From NCBI GenBank assembly GCA_965248355.1, contig OZ252098.1:1312001-1376000 (forward strand): a stretch of 64,000 bases of DNA, in the 5' to 3' direction. Of this stretch, positions 47,547 to 56,783 are shown in pieces. Source of the stretch: Candidatus Latescibacterota bacterium. Its GTDB lineage: Bacteria; Latescibacterota; UBA2968; UBA8231. Position numbers and translations under genes: made by a program. How positions within the stretch are numbered: position 1 is the first letter of the stretch; every line of letters starts with the position of its first letter. The notes under the pieces were generated by a model, which made no database searches, was not told where the DNA came from, and saw only the letters and a program-made list of their open reading frames with translations.

Positions 47547-48665
47547 TCAACCCGGCTCTCTGTCCAACTCCGCCAGCAGTTCCCTGCCCTTGGCGGTCAG
47601 GCGGTACTTCTGCTTGCTGCTGCGGGGCTTGTCGGGGATGGTCATCTCCAGCAACCCTTCCTCCAGCAAGGGCCTGAGCACTTGGTGCCTGAACTTGGTG
47701 CGGTCACTCTTCCCGGCCAGCTCCATCAACTCCCCTATAGGCCTCTCGAACAAGGAGTTACGGAGGATCTGGACTTGGTGCCGACTTGGTGCCAAGCCGG
47801 TCCTGACCTGGGCCCCAACCTCTGCGGCCGGGCGACTGAAAGTCGTGGTCACCTAGTGCTCGGAGACCTCGATGACCGGCGCCGCCACCCCGTGGTCCCG
47901 GCAGAGCTCCCGGATCCGCCGGATGCCCGAGCCGATCTTCTCCACCGCCTCCATCCGATGCAGCATCCCGAAGAGCAGCGGGTTTCGCGGAACGCTCTTC
48001 ACGCCCAGGTCCGCTTCCGTCATACCGGCGGGCAGTCCGCCCGGGCTGACGATCTCGATCCGGTCCTTGAAGACGTACACCTGGACATTGGCGGTGGAGC
48101 GGTAGTCGCGGTGGGCAAGGGCATTGACCACGGCTTCCCGGATGGCCTCCTCCGGCAGCTCGGGCCGTTCCTCCCGTCGCACGTGCTTGATGATGTACTC
48201 GACGTTGATCTTGGAGAGGATCCACGCCACCACCTCGTCGATCTGGGAATAGACATCGCCGTGGAAGTCCCGGCGGTCCAGGATGCGCACCTTGTCCGTA
48301 CCCATGAACAGCGCACAGGCCACGTCGCCGCTGATTCGGAACTTGCGCACGTCCCGGGCCAGCAGCCAGGCCCCGGCCTGGGTCATGCAGCCGTCCTCCC
48401 CCATCAGGTGCAGGTTGCGCAGGGCGATTTCGGTGGTCATGCTCTCGGGAATCTTCGCCCGGCGGCAGAAGAGCGCCCAGCCGGCTTCATCCAGATCCTC
48501 TTCCAGCGAGAACGCCGGACAAGGGGTCTCGTCGAAGTAGATCAACCCCTCGGCGTAGAACAGCTCGCGAATCTCCTCGCGCGACAACTGCTGGCTGCTC
48601 GCCCCCTCCCGCATGAAGAACTTGCCGCCGAAGGAATAGGGCTTGTTGTGCTGGACGGGGCCCAT
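47547..48665 (-). pseudogene. AlbA/RecG-C (HATPase_c_4) plus HTH 'ATP-dependent helicase RecG'-type regulator, 5'-truncated with an in-frame TAG
   Basis: AIREAVVNALAHRDY, SPGGLP, RNPLL, EKIGSGI, then an in-frame TAG at 47853-47855 and the HTH ending TIPDKPRSSKQKYRLT. The N-terminal AlbA domain is missing. Confidence 0.82.
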
Positions 48666-48670
48666 GGCGC

Positions 48671-48935
48671 TCAGGGAGCGAAGAGCCATTCAACTGTTGA
48701 TTCCTTCAGACCGTCAAGATTTGCTTCCGCTCGACTCCAGTCGGCAAAACGATAGCGCTTTCGAATCTCGGCTCCCGACTTGTCCTCAGGGTGCCAGTCC
48801 AAGATCCTGATTGGAGTCTTCTTCCTACCTTGAAACTCAAGTTCCGGCTGGTAGTTTACGTAGTTTGAAAAGACACGGTAGAGGGCCTGTCGCGCATATT
48901 CGTCGTACGTCGGTAGTGAATAACCAACAACACAG
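48671..48935 (-). pseudogene. 3' fragment of a probable SIR2-like (SIR2_2) defence protein
   Basis: Noticeably AT-richer DNA. CVVGYSLPTYDEY resembles the GYS motif of SIR2-like domains. No start of its own. Confidence 0.45.
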
Positions 48936-49119
48936 TCGGCAGGCTGGCTTCGACCTTGTCCTTGACCGCCAGGTAACGGCTGTAGGCGTGGCGCAGGAAG
49001 ACCAGCCCCATGACCGGCAGGAAGTACTCGTTGCTGGCATACTCGGAGTTGGCCCGGAGCGTGTCCGCCGCGCTCCAGAGGCGCCTCTCGATGGCGCCGA
49101 TGTGCTCGAGTTGGGCCAT
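48936..49119 (-). pseudogene. hsdM: 5' fragment of type I RM methyltransferase subunit M
   Basis: IERRLWSAADTLRANS...EYFLPVMGLVFLRHA (HsdM N-terminal domain), cut off after about 60 codons. Confidence 0.85.
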
Positions 49120-49647
49120 GCGTCGAAATTAGGCTTCCCACCGCACCCAGGCCAAGTACTGCTGCGGACTCGGGTACCCCCGGCTACCCCTCGGACCCTC
49201 TCCCGAGACGGCCGCCTCCCCAGGAGGCGGGGGTTTTCCATCCCGCGAGCTCGCCGCCCGCCCTCGGCCCCTGCAGACCCCGGACCCGATCCAATAGGAC
49301 CGGCCATAAGTCCTTCCCGATCTCTCCATCCCGTACCGCCTTGCCGCCGGGTGGCTCGCCACCCTGATCCTTCTCGCCGCGGCCCCGGCGTCGGCGCAGA
49401 TGCCCTGGGGATGCGCGTGGGCCTGCCCAACACCACCAGCTCCGACCTCTTCGCCAACGCCGCCCTGCCCCTCGGGACCGAGATCCGCGGCGGCATCACC
49501 ACCCCGGCCCCCATCGCCGAGGCCGGCTTCGAGATCTTCGACCGCAAGAGCGGTCGCGCATCCTCACGGCCCGGCCGAAGAGCAAGATCCTGCTCCGGGC
49601 CGCCTGCACGTGCACCTGCGCATCCGGTTCTGAGGCCGTCAACCCAC

Positions 49648-49690
49648 AAAAAACGCCGGTACTGGTCCGGAGCGATCCGGCCAGTACCGG
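49648..49690 (-). terminator. Rho-independent terminator of the 49727-50371 gene
   Basis: Stem ccggtactgg...ccagtaccgg with inner ccgga/tccgg pairing, followed on the minus strand by a T6 run (A6 at 49648-49653). Confidence 0.8.
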
Positions 49691-49726
49691 GGAAAAGTGG
49701 TGTTGCGGGCCTGGAAGTGGCGCCTG

Positions 49727-50371
49727 CTAGCGGGCCCAGTTCGCCTTCAGGCCGCCCCACGTCGTTTCGGTGACTGCGGTCATGTCGTCGGAGACGCGCT
49801 GGAACTGCGTGGTCTCCTCTCCCCCGTCCTCGGTGGGGGCCGTGATGGTCAGGGTGTCGCCGTCGACGGACCAGGTCACATCCTCCCCGGAGAAGTCGGC
49901 GAGAAACTCCTCCTCGTCCATGCCGGCGAGGAACTCGTTGACGAAGTTCGCCTCGAAGGCCGGGTAGTCCTCGTCCGAGACCCCGGCGAAGCCCGCCGCG
50001 AAAGCGGCCAGGGCCTTGGCGACCTCGGTGAGGACCTCCCGGAAGTCGCGGCCGTCGACGAGCATCTCGAGCTCGGTGATCTCGACCTGCAGCTTGTCGC
50101 CGTCGACCTGGTAGGTGCCGGAGCCCTCGGCCGTGAACTTCTCCACGGGGATGTCCGTGGACGCGACGACGGACTGGAAGGCATCTCCCAGCGTGATCTC
50201 CTGATAGAGCTCGAAGGCGCCGCCGTCCTTGAAGGTGAGACGCACGGTGGCGTTGTTGCCCTCCTCGTCGACGAAGCCTCCCTCCCAGGTGCCGTGGAGG
50301 GCCTCGTCCTGGGCGGAGAGGGGAAGGGCGAGCAGGCAGATCATCGGGATGAAACACAGAATCCGGCGCAT
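49727..50371 (-). CDS. Secreted acidic lipocalin-like hypothetical protein with 'TAVTETTWGGLK' tail
   Basis: AGGAGG RBS, signal peptide (LSA-QD), LHGTW, GTYQVDGDKL, WSVDGDTLTIT. Confidence 0.8.
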   Translation of the reverse strand: MRRILCFIPMICLLALPLSAQDEALHGTWEGGFVDEEGNNATVRLTFKDGGAFELYQEITLGDAFQSVVASTDIPVEKFTAEGSGTYQVDGDKLQVEITELEMLVDGRDFREVLTEVAKALAAFAAGFAGVSDEDYPAFEANFVNEFLAGMDEEEFLADFSGEDVTWSVDGDTLTITAPTEDGGEETTQFQRVSDDMTAVTETTWGGLKANWAR

Positions 50372-50408
50372 GTGGTACCTCCTGATTGGGATTGCGTTCA
50401 TGCGGATG

Positions 50409-50708
50409 CTACATCTGTTTCGCTTCCGCCACTTCGACGGGAGCGATGACGAGGAAGGGGCAGGACCTGGCGATCTCCACCGCCGCCTCCAGGCTGTCGG
50501 CCTTGACGACGGAGAACCCCATGAGGTTCACGCCCCCGTCCTCCGATACGCCTTCAGAGGTCACCACCTTGGAGGGCCCCAGAGGGGTGCCGGGGTTGAC
50601 CACGGCGTCGCCGAGACCGGCGATCCAGGCCATGAACTGCGCCTGATACGCCTCGGGATCTTCGGGCATCTCGCCGCCGCCGTGATAGGCTATGATGTAC
50701 TCGGCCAT
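50409..50708 (-). CDS. YCII-related protein
   Basis: AAAGGA RBS, W...LGDAVVNPGTPLG, GFSVVKADSLEAAVEIARSCP. Confidence 0.82.
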   Translation of the reverse strand: MAEYIIAYHGGGEMPEDPEAYQAQFMAWIAGLGDAVVNPGTPLGPSKVVTSEGVSEDGGVNLMGFSVVKADSLEAAVEIARSCPFLVIAPVEVAEAKQM

Positions 50709-50924
50709 GGGATCTTTCCTTTGAAAGGGCCCGGGAAAATGAGCGGGGGGCGTACACGCGGCAGCGGCCGGCGACCGGGGACGGTTCTCGTCCGCCGCGC
50801 CGACAGGTCCAAGGGCAAGCCCATCGCGATCTGATCAAGGGGATATGCCAAAGGAAAGGGGTATCCCGTAAATTGTCAAAGCGATGGCCGCCGCCGTGGC
50901 CCACCCGGGACGAGGAGAGATCCC

Positions 50925-51788
50925 ATGCCCGCCCAGCTGCTGAAAGGAGCACCGGTCGCCGAGAGAATCCTCGCCGAGGTCGCCGCCAGGGTCTCCCGGC
51001 TCGAGGAGAGAGGGGTCTCCGTCGGTCTCGGTACGATCCTCGTGGGAGAGGACGCGGCGAGCGCCGGCTACGTGCGCAAGAAGCACGAGACGGCGCGGCA
51101 GGTGGGCATCGAGTCGTACCATCGCGAGCTGCCCTCGAGCGCCTCCCCCTCCGACCTGATGGAGGCCGTGCGCGCGTACAACGAAGACGACGGCGTCGAC
51201 GCCTACCTGATCCAGCATCCCCTGCCCCGCGGCTTCGACTATTTCGCCGCCGTGAGCGCCATGGCGCCGGAGAAGGACGGCGATGGTCTCCACCCCGAGA
51301 ACCTGGGACGACTGGTGCTGCAGGAGCCGGGCCCGGTCCCGGCGACGCCGGCGGGCATCCGCGAGATCCTCCTCCACTACGGCATCCCCGTCGAGGGGCG
51401 GGAGGTCGTCGTCGTCGGCCGCGGGCCAACCCTCGGCCGCCCCCTGGCCCTGCTGCTGTCCCAGAAGGCGCCGGGGGCCAACGCCGCGGTCACCGTGGTT
51501 CACACCGGTGTCCGCGACATGGCCCGCTGCACGAGGCGGGCCGACGTCCTCATCGCCGCGGCCGGCGTCCCGGGTATCGTCACCCGGGAGATGGTCCGCG
51601 AGGGAGCGGTGGTGGTCAGCGGCGGCATCACCTGGAAGGGGAAACGGCTGATTCCCGACGTGGCGGAGGACGTGGGCGAGGTCGCCTCGTGGATCACGCC
51701 GCGCCTCGGCGGCGTGGGGCCGACGACGGTGGCCATGCTGCTGCGCAATGCCGTGACCTGCGCCGAGCGCCGCCGGGGACTCGCCTGA
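50925..51788 (+). CDS. folD: Bifunctional methylenetetrahydrofolate dehydrogenase/cyclohydrolase
   Basis: GAGGAG RBS, YVRKK, QHPLP, KDGDGLHP, ATPAGI, GGVGPTTVAML. Confidence 0.94.
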   Translation: MPAQLLKGAPVAERILAEVAARVSRLEERGVSVGLGTILVGEDAASAGYVRKKHETARQVGIESYHRELPSSASPSDLMEAVRAYNEDDGVDAYLIQHPLPRGFDYFAAVSAMAPEKDGDGLHPENLGRLVLQEPGPVPATPAGIREILLHYGIPVEGREVVVVGRGPTLGRPLALLLSQKAPGANAAVTVVHTGVRDMARCTRRADVLIAAAGVPGIVTREMVREGAVVVSGGITWKGKRLIPDVAEDVGEVASWITPRLGGVGPTTVAMLLRNAVTCAERRRGLA

Positions 51789-51882
51789 GGACTGCGGCGC
51801 CGTAAGGGCCGGGAGCCGGAGGCCCGCCTGGAGTCGGGCGGCGCCTCCGCACCGTCGCCGGCGGCGCCGTCCCGGCAGCCGG

Positions 51883-53250
51883 TCAGCCCGTCCAGGGTCC
51901 GGTGATGGCGAGCGTGATTCCCGGCGACTGGATGTTCGCGTACAGGGTGCGGCCGTCCGGCGAGAACACGCCGCCGGCGAACTCGGACCCGTTGAAGGCG
52001 TTGCGTCCGAGCTTGTAGATCCGCCCCTCGGGCGTGACCCCCACGAGGTGGTTGTCGCCGCCGCCGTCCTCGCAGAGCACGAGGTCGCCCCAGGGCGCCA
52101 CCGTCAGGTTGTCGCAGTTCTCCACCAGGTCGCCGTCGTCGGGCTCGATGAACAGCTCCAGGACGCCGGGCGAGGCCGCCTCCTCGGGCGTCCCTTCGCC
52201 GGGACTCGGCTCGTAGCGCCACACCTGCCCCTTCTTCTTCTTGCCGCCGCTGGTGCAGGCGAAGTACACGGCCTCCCGGCCGTACCACATGCCCTCGCCG
52301 CGGGCGAAGCAGGCGGCGCCCTTGTCGAACCCCTGGTCGCGCAGATCCTCGCCGGGGGACTCCACGTCCTCCACGTCCACCCAGGCCGCGGCCAGACGGT
52401 CCCCGGGAGCCACGGTCCGCGACTTGTGGTTGCTCGTGTCCAGGCTCGCCCGGTCGAGGGCCATGAGCGCCTGCAGCCGGCCCCCGGCGGCCAGCCGGCC
52501 GGGCTCCTCGGGCAGGTAGCGGTAGATGAGACCGTCGCCGGCGTCCTCGGTCTGGTAGACGATGCCCGTGGCCGGGTGCACGGCCACGGCCTCGTGGTTG
52601 AAGCGGCCCATGGCCCTCAGGGCCACCGGCTCCACCGGCCCCGTGGCCGCCGCCGGCACCTCGAAGTTGTACCCGTGATCCTTCTCGTGGTGGTCGTCGT
52701 CGGCGCGCTGCGTCGTCTCCTCGCAGGTGATCCAGCTCCCCCAGGGTGTCAGGCCCCCGGCGCAGTTGCGCACGGTACCGGCCAGACTGAGGTAGTGTTT
52801 CTCCAGCTCGCCGCCGGGGCCCAGCACGAAGGTGGTCGTCCCGCCCTGGGGCGGGTCGCCGCGGCCCCAGTCGTAGAACCGCTCCCGCGGCAGCTTGTCG
52901 AGACGCTCGTTCTCCTCCCCGAAGGCGCCCACTTTGCGGGCCCCCGCGGTCAGCTCGTGGTTGCAGACCAGCAGGGTCCGTCCCTCCGCCCCGGAAAAGG
53001 CGGCCATGGCGTCGGGCAGCCCCGGCACCCGCAGGCCGTCCTCCATCTCGTCGCCGGTTCGGGAGATCACGCGATAGGTGAAGCCCACCGGCAGGTCGAC
53101 GATCCCGCCGGGGTCCGGCCGCATGGGGCCGTAGCCCGCGGCGATCCCCTCCGCGGGCGCCTCCCCCCAGGCCACGTGGCGCTGCAGGCCGTGGAAGCCC
53201 ACGGTGACGGCGGCCGCCGACTTCAGGAACTGCCTTCTGGTCACGGGCAT
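51883..53250 (-). CDS. PhoX / DUF839 alkaline phosphatase family, Tat-exported
   Basis: TRRQFLK Tat motif, NHE, NCAGG.TPWGSWITCEE, GRFNHEA, RGEG, DNL, SEFAG, NIQ.PG. Confidence 0.9.
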   Translation of the reverse strand: MPVTRRQFLKSAAAVTVGFHGLQRHVAWGEAPAEGIAAGYGPMRPDPGGIVDLPVGFTYRVISRTGDEMEDGLRVPGLPDAMAAFSGAEGRTLLVCNHELTAGARKVGAFGEENERLDKLPRERFYDWGRGDPPQGGTTTFVLGPGGELEKHYLSLAGTVRNCAGGLTPWGSWITCEETTQRADDDHHEKDHGYNFEVPAAATGPVEPVALRAMGRFNHEAVAVHPATGIVYQTEDAGDGLIYRYLPEEPGRLAAGGRLQALMALDRASLDTSNHKSRTVAPGDRLAAAWVDVEDVESPGEDLRDQGFDKGAACFARGEGMWYGREAVYFACTSGGKKKKGQVWRYEPSPGEGTPEEAASPGVLELFIEPDDGDLVENCDNLTVAPWGDLVLCEDGGGDNHLVGVTPEGRIYKLGRNAFNGSEFAGGVFSPDGRTLYANIQSPGITLAITGPWTG

Positions 53251-53305
53251 CTGCTCGATCCTTTCTCCGCGGTGCACGACTGCTGGAAAAACTACCGGTT
53301 CCAGG

Positions 53306-54193
53306 TTACGGCGGCGAGACGAGGCGCAGGGCGTTCCGTGAGAACAGCTTGCCCAGGACCGGCGGCGCCAGCTCCAGTCCGAGGAGCCAGGACCGCAACT
53401 CGTCGCCGGGCGCGTCGCGGCCGAAGAGCAGCCGGTCCTGGTAGCTCTGGAGGAACCAGCGCGCGTGGGCCGGGTCGCGCCGCATCGCTCCCAGGCCGGA
53501 GCCGGCCGACAGATCGGCCCAAAGGGTGTCGAAGGTGTCCAGGAGCCGGATCAGCTCGCCTCCCGGCCGCACCGGTCCGGTGGGGTACACGGCCGCCTCC
53601 GTGGCCTCGTCTCCGGAGATGTAGCGCCAGAACCCGGGGGCGTGGCCGATGAACACGGTGTCGGGGCAGGCCCGCAGGGTGCGCTCCAGGGGACCGGCCC
53701 CGCCGCCGTACCAGCGCGGCTGGTACCGGGGCCGGCCGCCGGCCGGATCGGGGAGGAAGGGCACGTCGAGGTGCAGGACCACGGGCATGCCGAGCTCCCC
53801 CGCCTTCCAGAACACCTCCCAGGCCCGGGGGTCGTCGAGGAGCATGCGATAGCTCCACTCGCCGCAGACCCGAAAGCCGTGGACCTCGTGGGCGCGCTGC
53901 AGCTGCTCGGGCGCCGAGTCCTCCCTCGGACAGGGGCAGAACCCGCCCACGAAGCGGTCGGGAAAGTCCCGGCACGCCTCGATCACGTCGGGCAGCGGAC
54001 ACCCGGCGTGGGTGCCGTCGGCGCGCAGGTTCCTCGGGCTGAAGCCGCCGTGCCCGGGCACGTCCTCGTCGGGGGGCAGGTACCAGGTCAGGGCCCAGCA
54101 GCGCTCGATGCCGAAGGCGTCCATCTCCCCCACCACGTCGGCCGGTCCGAGGCCGTGGTACCAGACGTGGTTGTGGGCGTCGATGATCCGCAT
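53306..54193 (-). CDS. Amidohydrolase family protein (Amidohydro_2)
   Basis: IIDAHNH, PVVLH, FIGHAPG, RLLFGRD. Confidence 0.85.
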   Translation of the reverse strand: MRIIDAHNHVWYHGLGPADVVGEMDAFGIERCWALTWYLPPDEDVPGHGGFSPRNLRADGTHAGCPLPDVIEACRDFPDRFVGGFCPCPREDSAPEQLQRAHEVHGFRVCGEWSYRMLLDDPRAWEVFWKAGELGMPVVLHLDVPFLPDPAGGRPRYQPRWYGGGAGPLERTLRACPDTVFIGHAPGFWRYISGDEATEAAVYPTGPVRPGGELIRLLDTFDTLWADLSAGSGLGAMRRDPAHARWFLQSYQDRLLFGRDAPGDELRSWLLGLELAPPVLGKLFSRNALRLVSPP

Positions 54194-54194
54194 C

Positions 54195-55376
54195 TCAGGC
54201 CGTCCTCCGGCGCAAGGTCTCCGGCACGAGGGTGGCCAGGAGCACGGCGCCGAGGACGCCCACCGCGGCCACCACCAGCGGCGCCGTGTGCAGGCCGGCC
54301 ACCTCGGCCACCTCGCCCACGACCATTGGGCCGGCCGCCGAGCCGCCGTCGCCGACGAAGCGCCACATGCCGAGGAACTCCCCGCGCCCCCGGTCCGGCG
54401 ACAGGTCCGCCCCCAGGGTCAGCATGGTCCCCGAGCCGAGGCCGTTGGCGACCCCCATGGCCATGGTGGTCAGGGCCAGGGTCCAGAACGTCTCCGTCAA
54501 GGGGATCAGGGCCATGGCCGCCGACTGCAGCAGGAAGGAGGGCACGTAGGCGTACTTGCGTCCGCGGCGGTCCATGATCTGCCCGGCGGGGACGAACATG
54601 AGCATGTCCAGGGCGTAGGACAGGCTGAGCATCAGCCCCACGGCGCCCGTCTCCAGCCCCAGCACTTCCGCGGCGTAGAGCGGGATCACCGCCGTGCGCG
54701 CGCTGCGGATCGTCTGGCCGCAGAGCTGCCCCGAGCCGGCGCTCACCAGCACCTTCCAGTGGGTCCGCAGGGCCTGGGCCTGGGCCCGCAGGGCCTGCGC
54801 CGCGGAGAGGCTGCTCCGCGGCCCGGCCCTCTCCTGGACCCACAGGGCCGCCGCCGCCACGCCCGCCAGCCTCAGGAGGGCCACCAGCAGGAAGGGCACG
54901 CGCAGCCCGAGGGCCTCCGCCGCCAGCCCCCCGAGGACCGGTCCCGCGAAGGAGGTGATGCGGCCGATGCCCCCGAAGGTCGAGTAGATGCGCCCCCGCT
55001 GGGCCACCGGCACGACGTCGGTCATGTAGGTGTGGCGGGCGATGTTCCACAGGGCCATGAAGGCCCCGGCCAGGAGCCCGCAGGCGAGCAGCTCCAGCAG
55101 GCTCCGGGCCTGGAACATGGCCGCGGACATGGCCGCCATCCCCAGGCCGCCCACCATCATGGTGCGCTTCTGCCCGAAGCGGCGCGTGGCCATGCCCGCG
55201 GGCACGTCGAAGAGCAGGTTGCCCAGCCCCTCGGCGGCCAGCACGACGCCCACGAGGCCGTAGCCGGCCTCGAAGGAGAGGGCGAAGAAGGGGAGCACGG
55301 GCATGATCAGCCCGCGGCTGAGGGCCATGCAGCCCGAGGGCAGCCAGATGGAGAGCACCACCCGGCGGTTGACCAT
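54195..55376 (-). CDS. MFS transporter
   Basis: About 12 hydrophobic helices, motif A-like GQIMDRRGRK. Confidence 0.9.
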   Translation of the reverse strand: MVNRRVVLSIWLPSGCMALSRGLIMPVLPFFALSFEAGYGLVGVVLAAEGLGNLLFDVPAGMATRRFGQKRTMMVGGLGMAAMSAAMFQARSLLELLACGLLAGAFMALWNIARHTYMTDVVPVAQRGRIYSTFGGIGRITSFAGPVLGGLAAEALGLRVPFLLVALLRLAGVAAAALWVQERAGPRSSLSAAQALRAQAQALRTHWKVLVSAGSGQLCGQTIRSARTAVIPLYAAEVLGLETGAVGLMLSLSYALDMLMFVPAGQIMDRRGRKYAYVPSFLLQSAAMALIPLTETFWTLALTTMAMGVANGLGSGTMLTLGADLSPDRGRGEFLGMWRFVGDGGSAAGPMVVGEVAEVAGLHTAPLVVAAVGVLGAVLLATLVPETLRRRTA

Positions 55377-55399
55377 CCGGGCCTCGGGCGGCCGGGAGG

Positions 55400-56782
55400 T
55401 CACGGGCGGGCGGATGGCGCGTTGTGCTCGTTGTTGCGGAAAGCCTCCGACTCGTAGTACGCGAAGTCCCGCCCCCCCGTATCCCGCCACCAGGCATCGG
55501 CCTGCTCCGAGAGGCGGCTCTCCACCCCGGCGTGGTCCGGACGGCCGGCGAGATTGGTCAGCTCGTGGGGATCCGCCGCCAGGTGGTAGAGCTCGGCGGC
55601 CCCCGCCTCCCCTTCCCCGAAGTAGCGGACGAACTTCCAGTCCCGGGTGCGCATTCCGTAGAACGGATGCACGCCCCAGTAGGCGGCGTAGTGCTCGAAG
55701 AACACGGCCTCATCGGCGGGACGGGCGTCGGAGGCCAGGGCCGCGCACAGGTCCCCGTGGGGGAAGTCGGCCTCGACCCCGGCCAGGTCGGCCAGCGTGC
55801 CCGCCACCTGCACCGAGGAGACCAGATCGTCGACCCGCCGCCGGCGAAGGCTCACGCCGCGGGGCGGTTTGAGGAGGAAAGGCACGCGGTACAGCTCGTC
55901 GTACGGCAGGGTCCCCTTCAGGCGCAGGCCGTGGGCGGCCATCATGTCCCCGTGATCGCTGATCGCCGCCACGACGGTGTCCTCCCACAGGCCGAGCCGG
56001 CGGAACTCGGCGGCGACCTCGGCGAACTGCGCGTCGGTCCGGGCGATCATCGAGTAGTACCGGGCCAGCATGTCCCGCGCCTCCTCCTCGGAGCCGGCTC
56101 CGTGCCGGCCGTCGCCCGCGTGGGCGGCCTGGAAGGAGGGTTTGCCCTCGAAGCTCTCCGTCCCGTAGCTGGCGGGCAGCTCCAGGGAGGAGGCGTCGAA
56201 GCGATCGCGGAAGGCGGGCTCGTGGAAGAAGGGCGGATGCGGGAGGTTGGTTGAGAAGGTGAGGAACAGGGGCCGGCCGTCCGGCTCGTAGCGGCGCAGC
56301 CACTCCACCGCGTCCCGGAGGGCCACGTAGTCCCTGCGCAGCCCCTGGGGCACGTGGCCGAGGCCGGTCCGGTCCGCCTCGCCGTCGTCGACGCGGACCG
56401 GGTCGTGATCGATCCCCTCGTCATAGCCCAGATCGGGCAGGGGCACGCCGAAGTGGCACTTGCCGAACCAGGCGGTGCGGTAGCCGGCCTCCCGGAAGAC
56501 CTGCCCCAGGGTCGGGAATCTCGTCGGGGACAAGCGGTTCTGGTGACCGTGGAACCCGTAGTTGACGATCACCCCGCACTCGTGGGGGTAACGCCCGGTG
56601 ACCAGCGACGCCCGCGACGGCACGCACTGGCCTTGGGCGCTGATCATGTGGGTGAAGCGGACCCCCTCGCGGGCCAGGGAGTCGAGGAAGGGGGTGTGCG
56701 CCACCGGGTCGCCGGCGCAGCCCATGCGCGCCGCCTGCATCTGGTCGCACATGAGGAGCAGGACGTTCGGGCGGGCGCTCAC
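55400..56782 (-). CDS. Sulfatase (Cys-type, formylglycine-dependent)
   Basis: PNVLLLMCDQ, CVPSRASLVTGRY (CxPxR), GKCH, PHPP, SDHG. Confidence 0.93.
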   Translation of the reverse strand: MSARPNVLLLMCDQMQAARMGCAGDPVAHTPFLDSLAREGVRFTHMISAQGQCVPSRASLVTGRYPHECGVIVNYGFHGHQNRLSPTRFPTLGQVFREAGYRTAWFGKCHFGVPLPDLGYDEGIDHDPVRVDDGEADRTGLGHVPQGLRRDYVALRDAVEWLRRYEPDGRPLFLTFSTNLPHPPFFHEPAFRDRFDASSLELPASYGTESFEGKPSFQAAHAGDGRHGAGSEEEARDMLARYYSMIARTDAQFAEVAAEFRRLGLWEDTVVAAISDHGDMMAAHGLRLKGTLPYDELYRVPFLLKPPRGVSLRRRRVDDLVSSVQVAGTLADLAGVEADFPHGDLCAALASDARPADEAVFFEHYAAYWGVHPFYGMRTRDWKFVRYFGEGEAGAAELYHLAADPHELTNLAGRPDHAGVESRLSEQADAWWRDTGGRDFAYYESEAFRNNEHNAPSARP

Positions 56783-56783
56783 C

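Larger units (their letters stand above)
42985..47550 (-). pseudogene. hsdR: Type I restriction endonuclease subunit R, interrupted by an IS3-family element and a deletion frameshift near 43760
   Basis: RADIVGFVNGLPLLFIECK, WHTQGAGKS, DEAHR, FTGTP, MWLTGFD, QAVARANR. Removing the IS restores EEEPG-AVDMET. The frame breaks between EVFR and EVNAHRED. Confidence 0.93.

Noticed and set aside
47853..47855. In-frame TAG as possible pyrrolysine or recoding, given the methyltransferase operon in the window
   Set aside because: It lies in a 5'-truncated gene within a decayed locus, at a plausible Trp position. There are no pyl genes in the window and no in-frame TAG in the methyltransferases.
50709..50924. 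Possible ZTP or THF riboswitch upstream of folD
   Set aside because: No recognisable consensus. The AT-richer patch is more simply a divergent promoter region.
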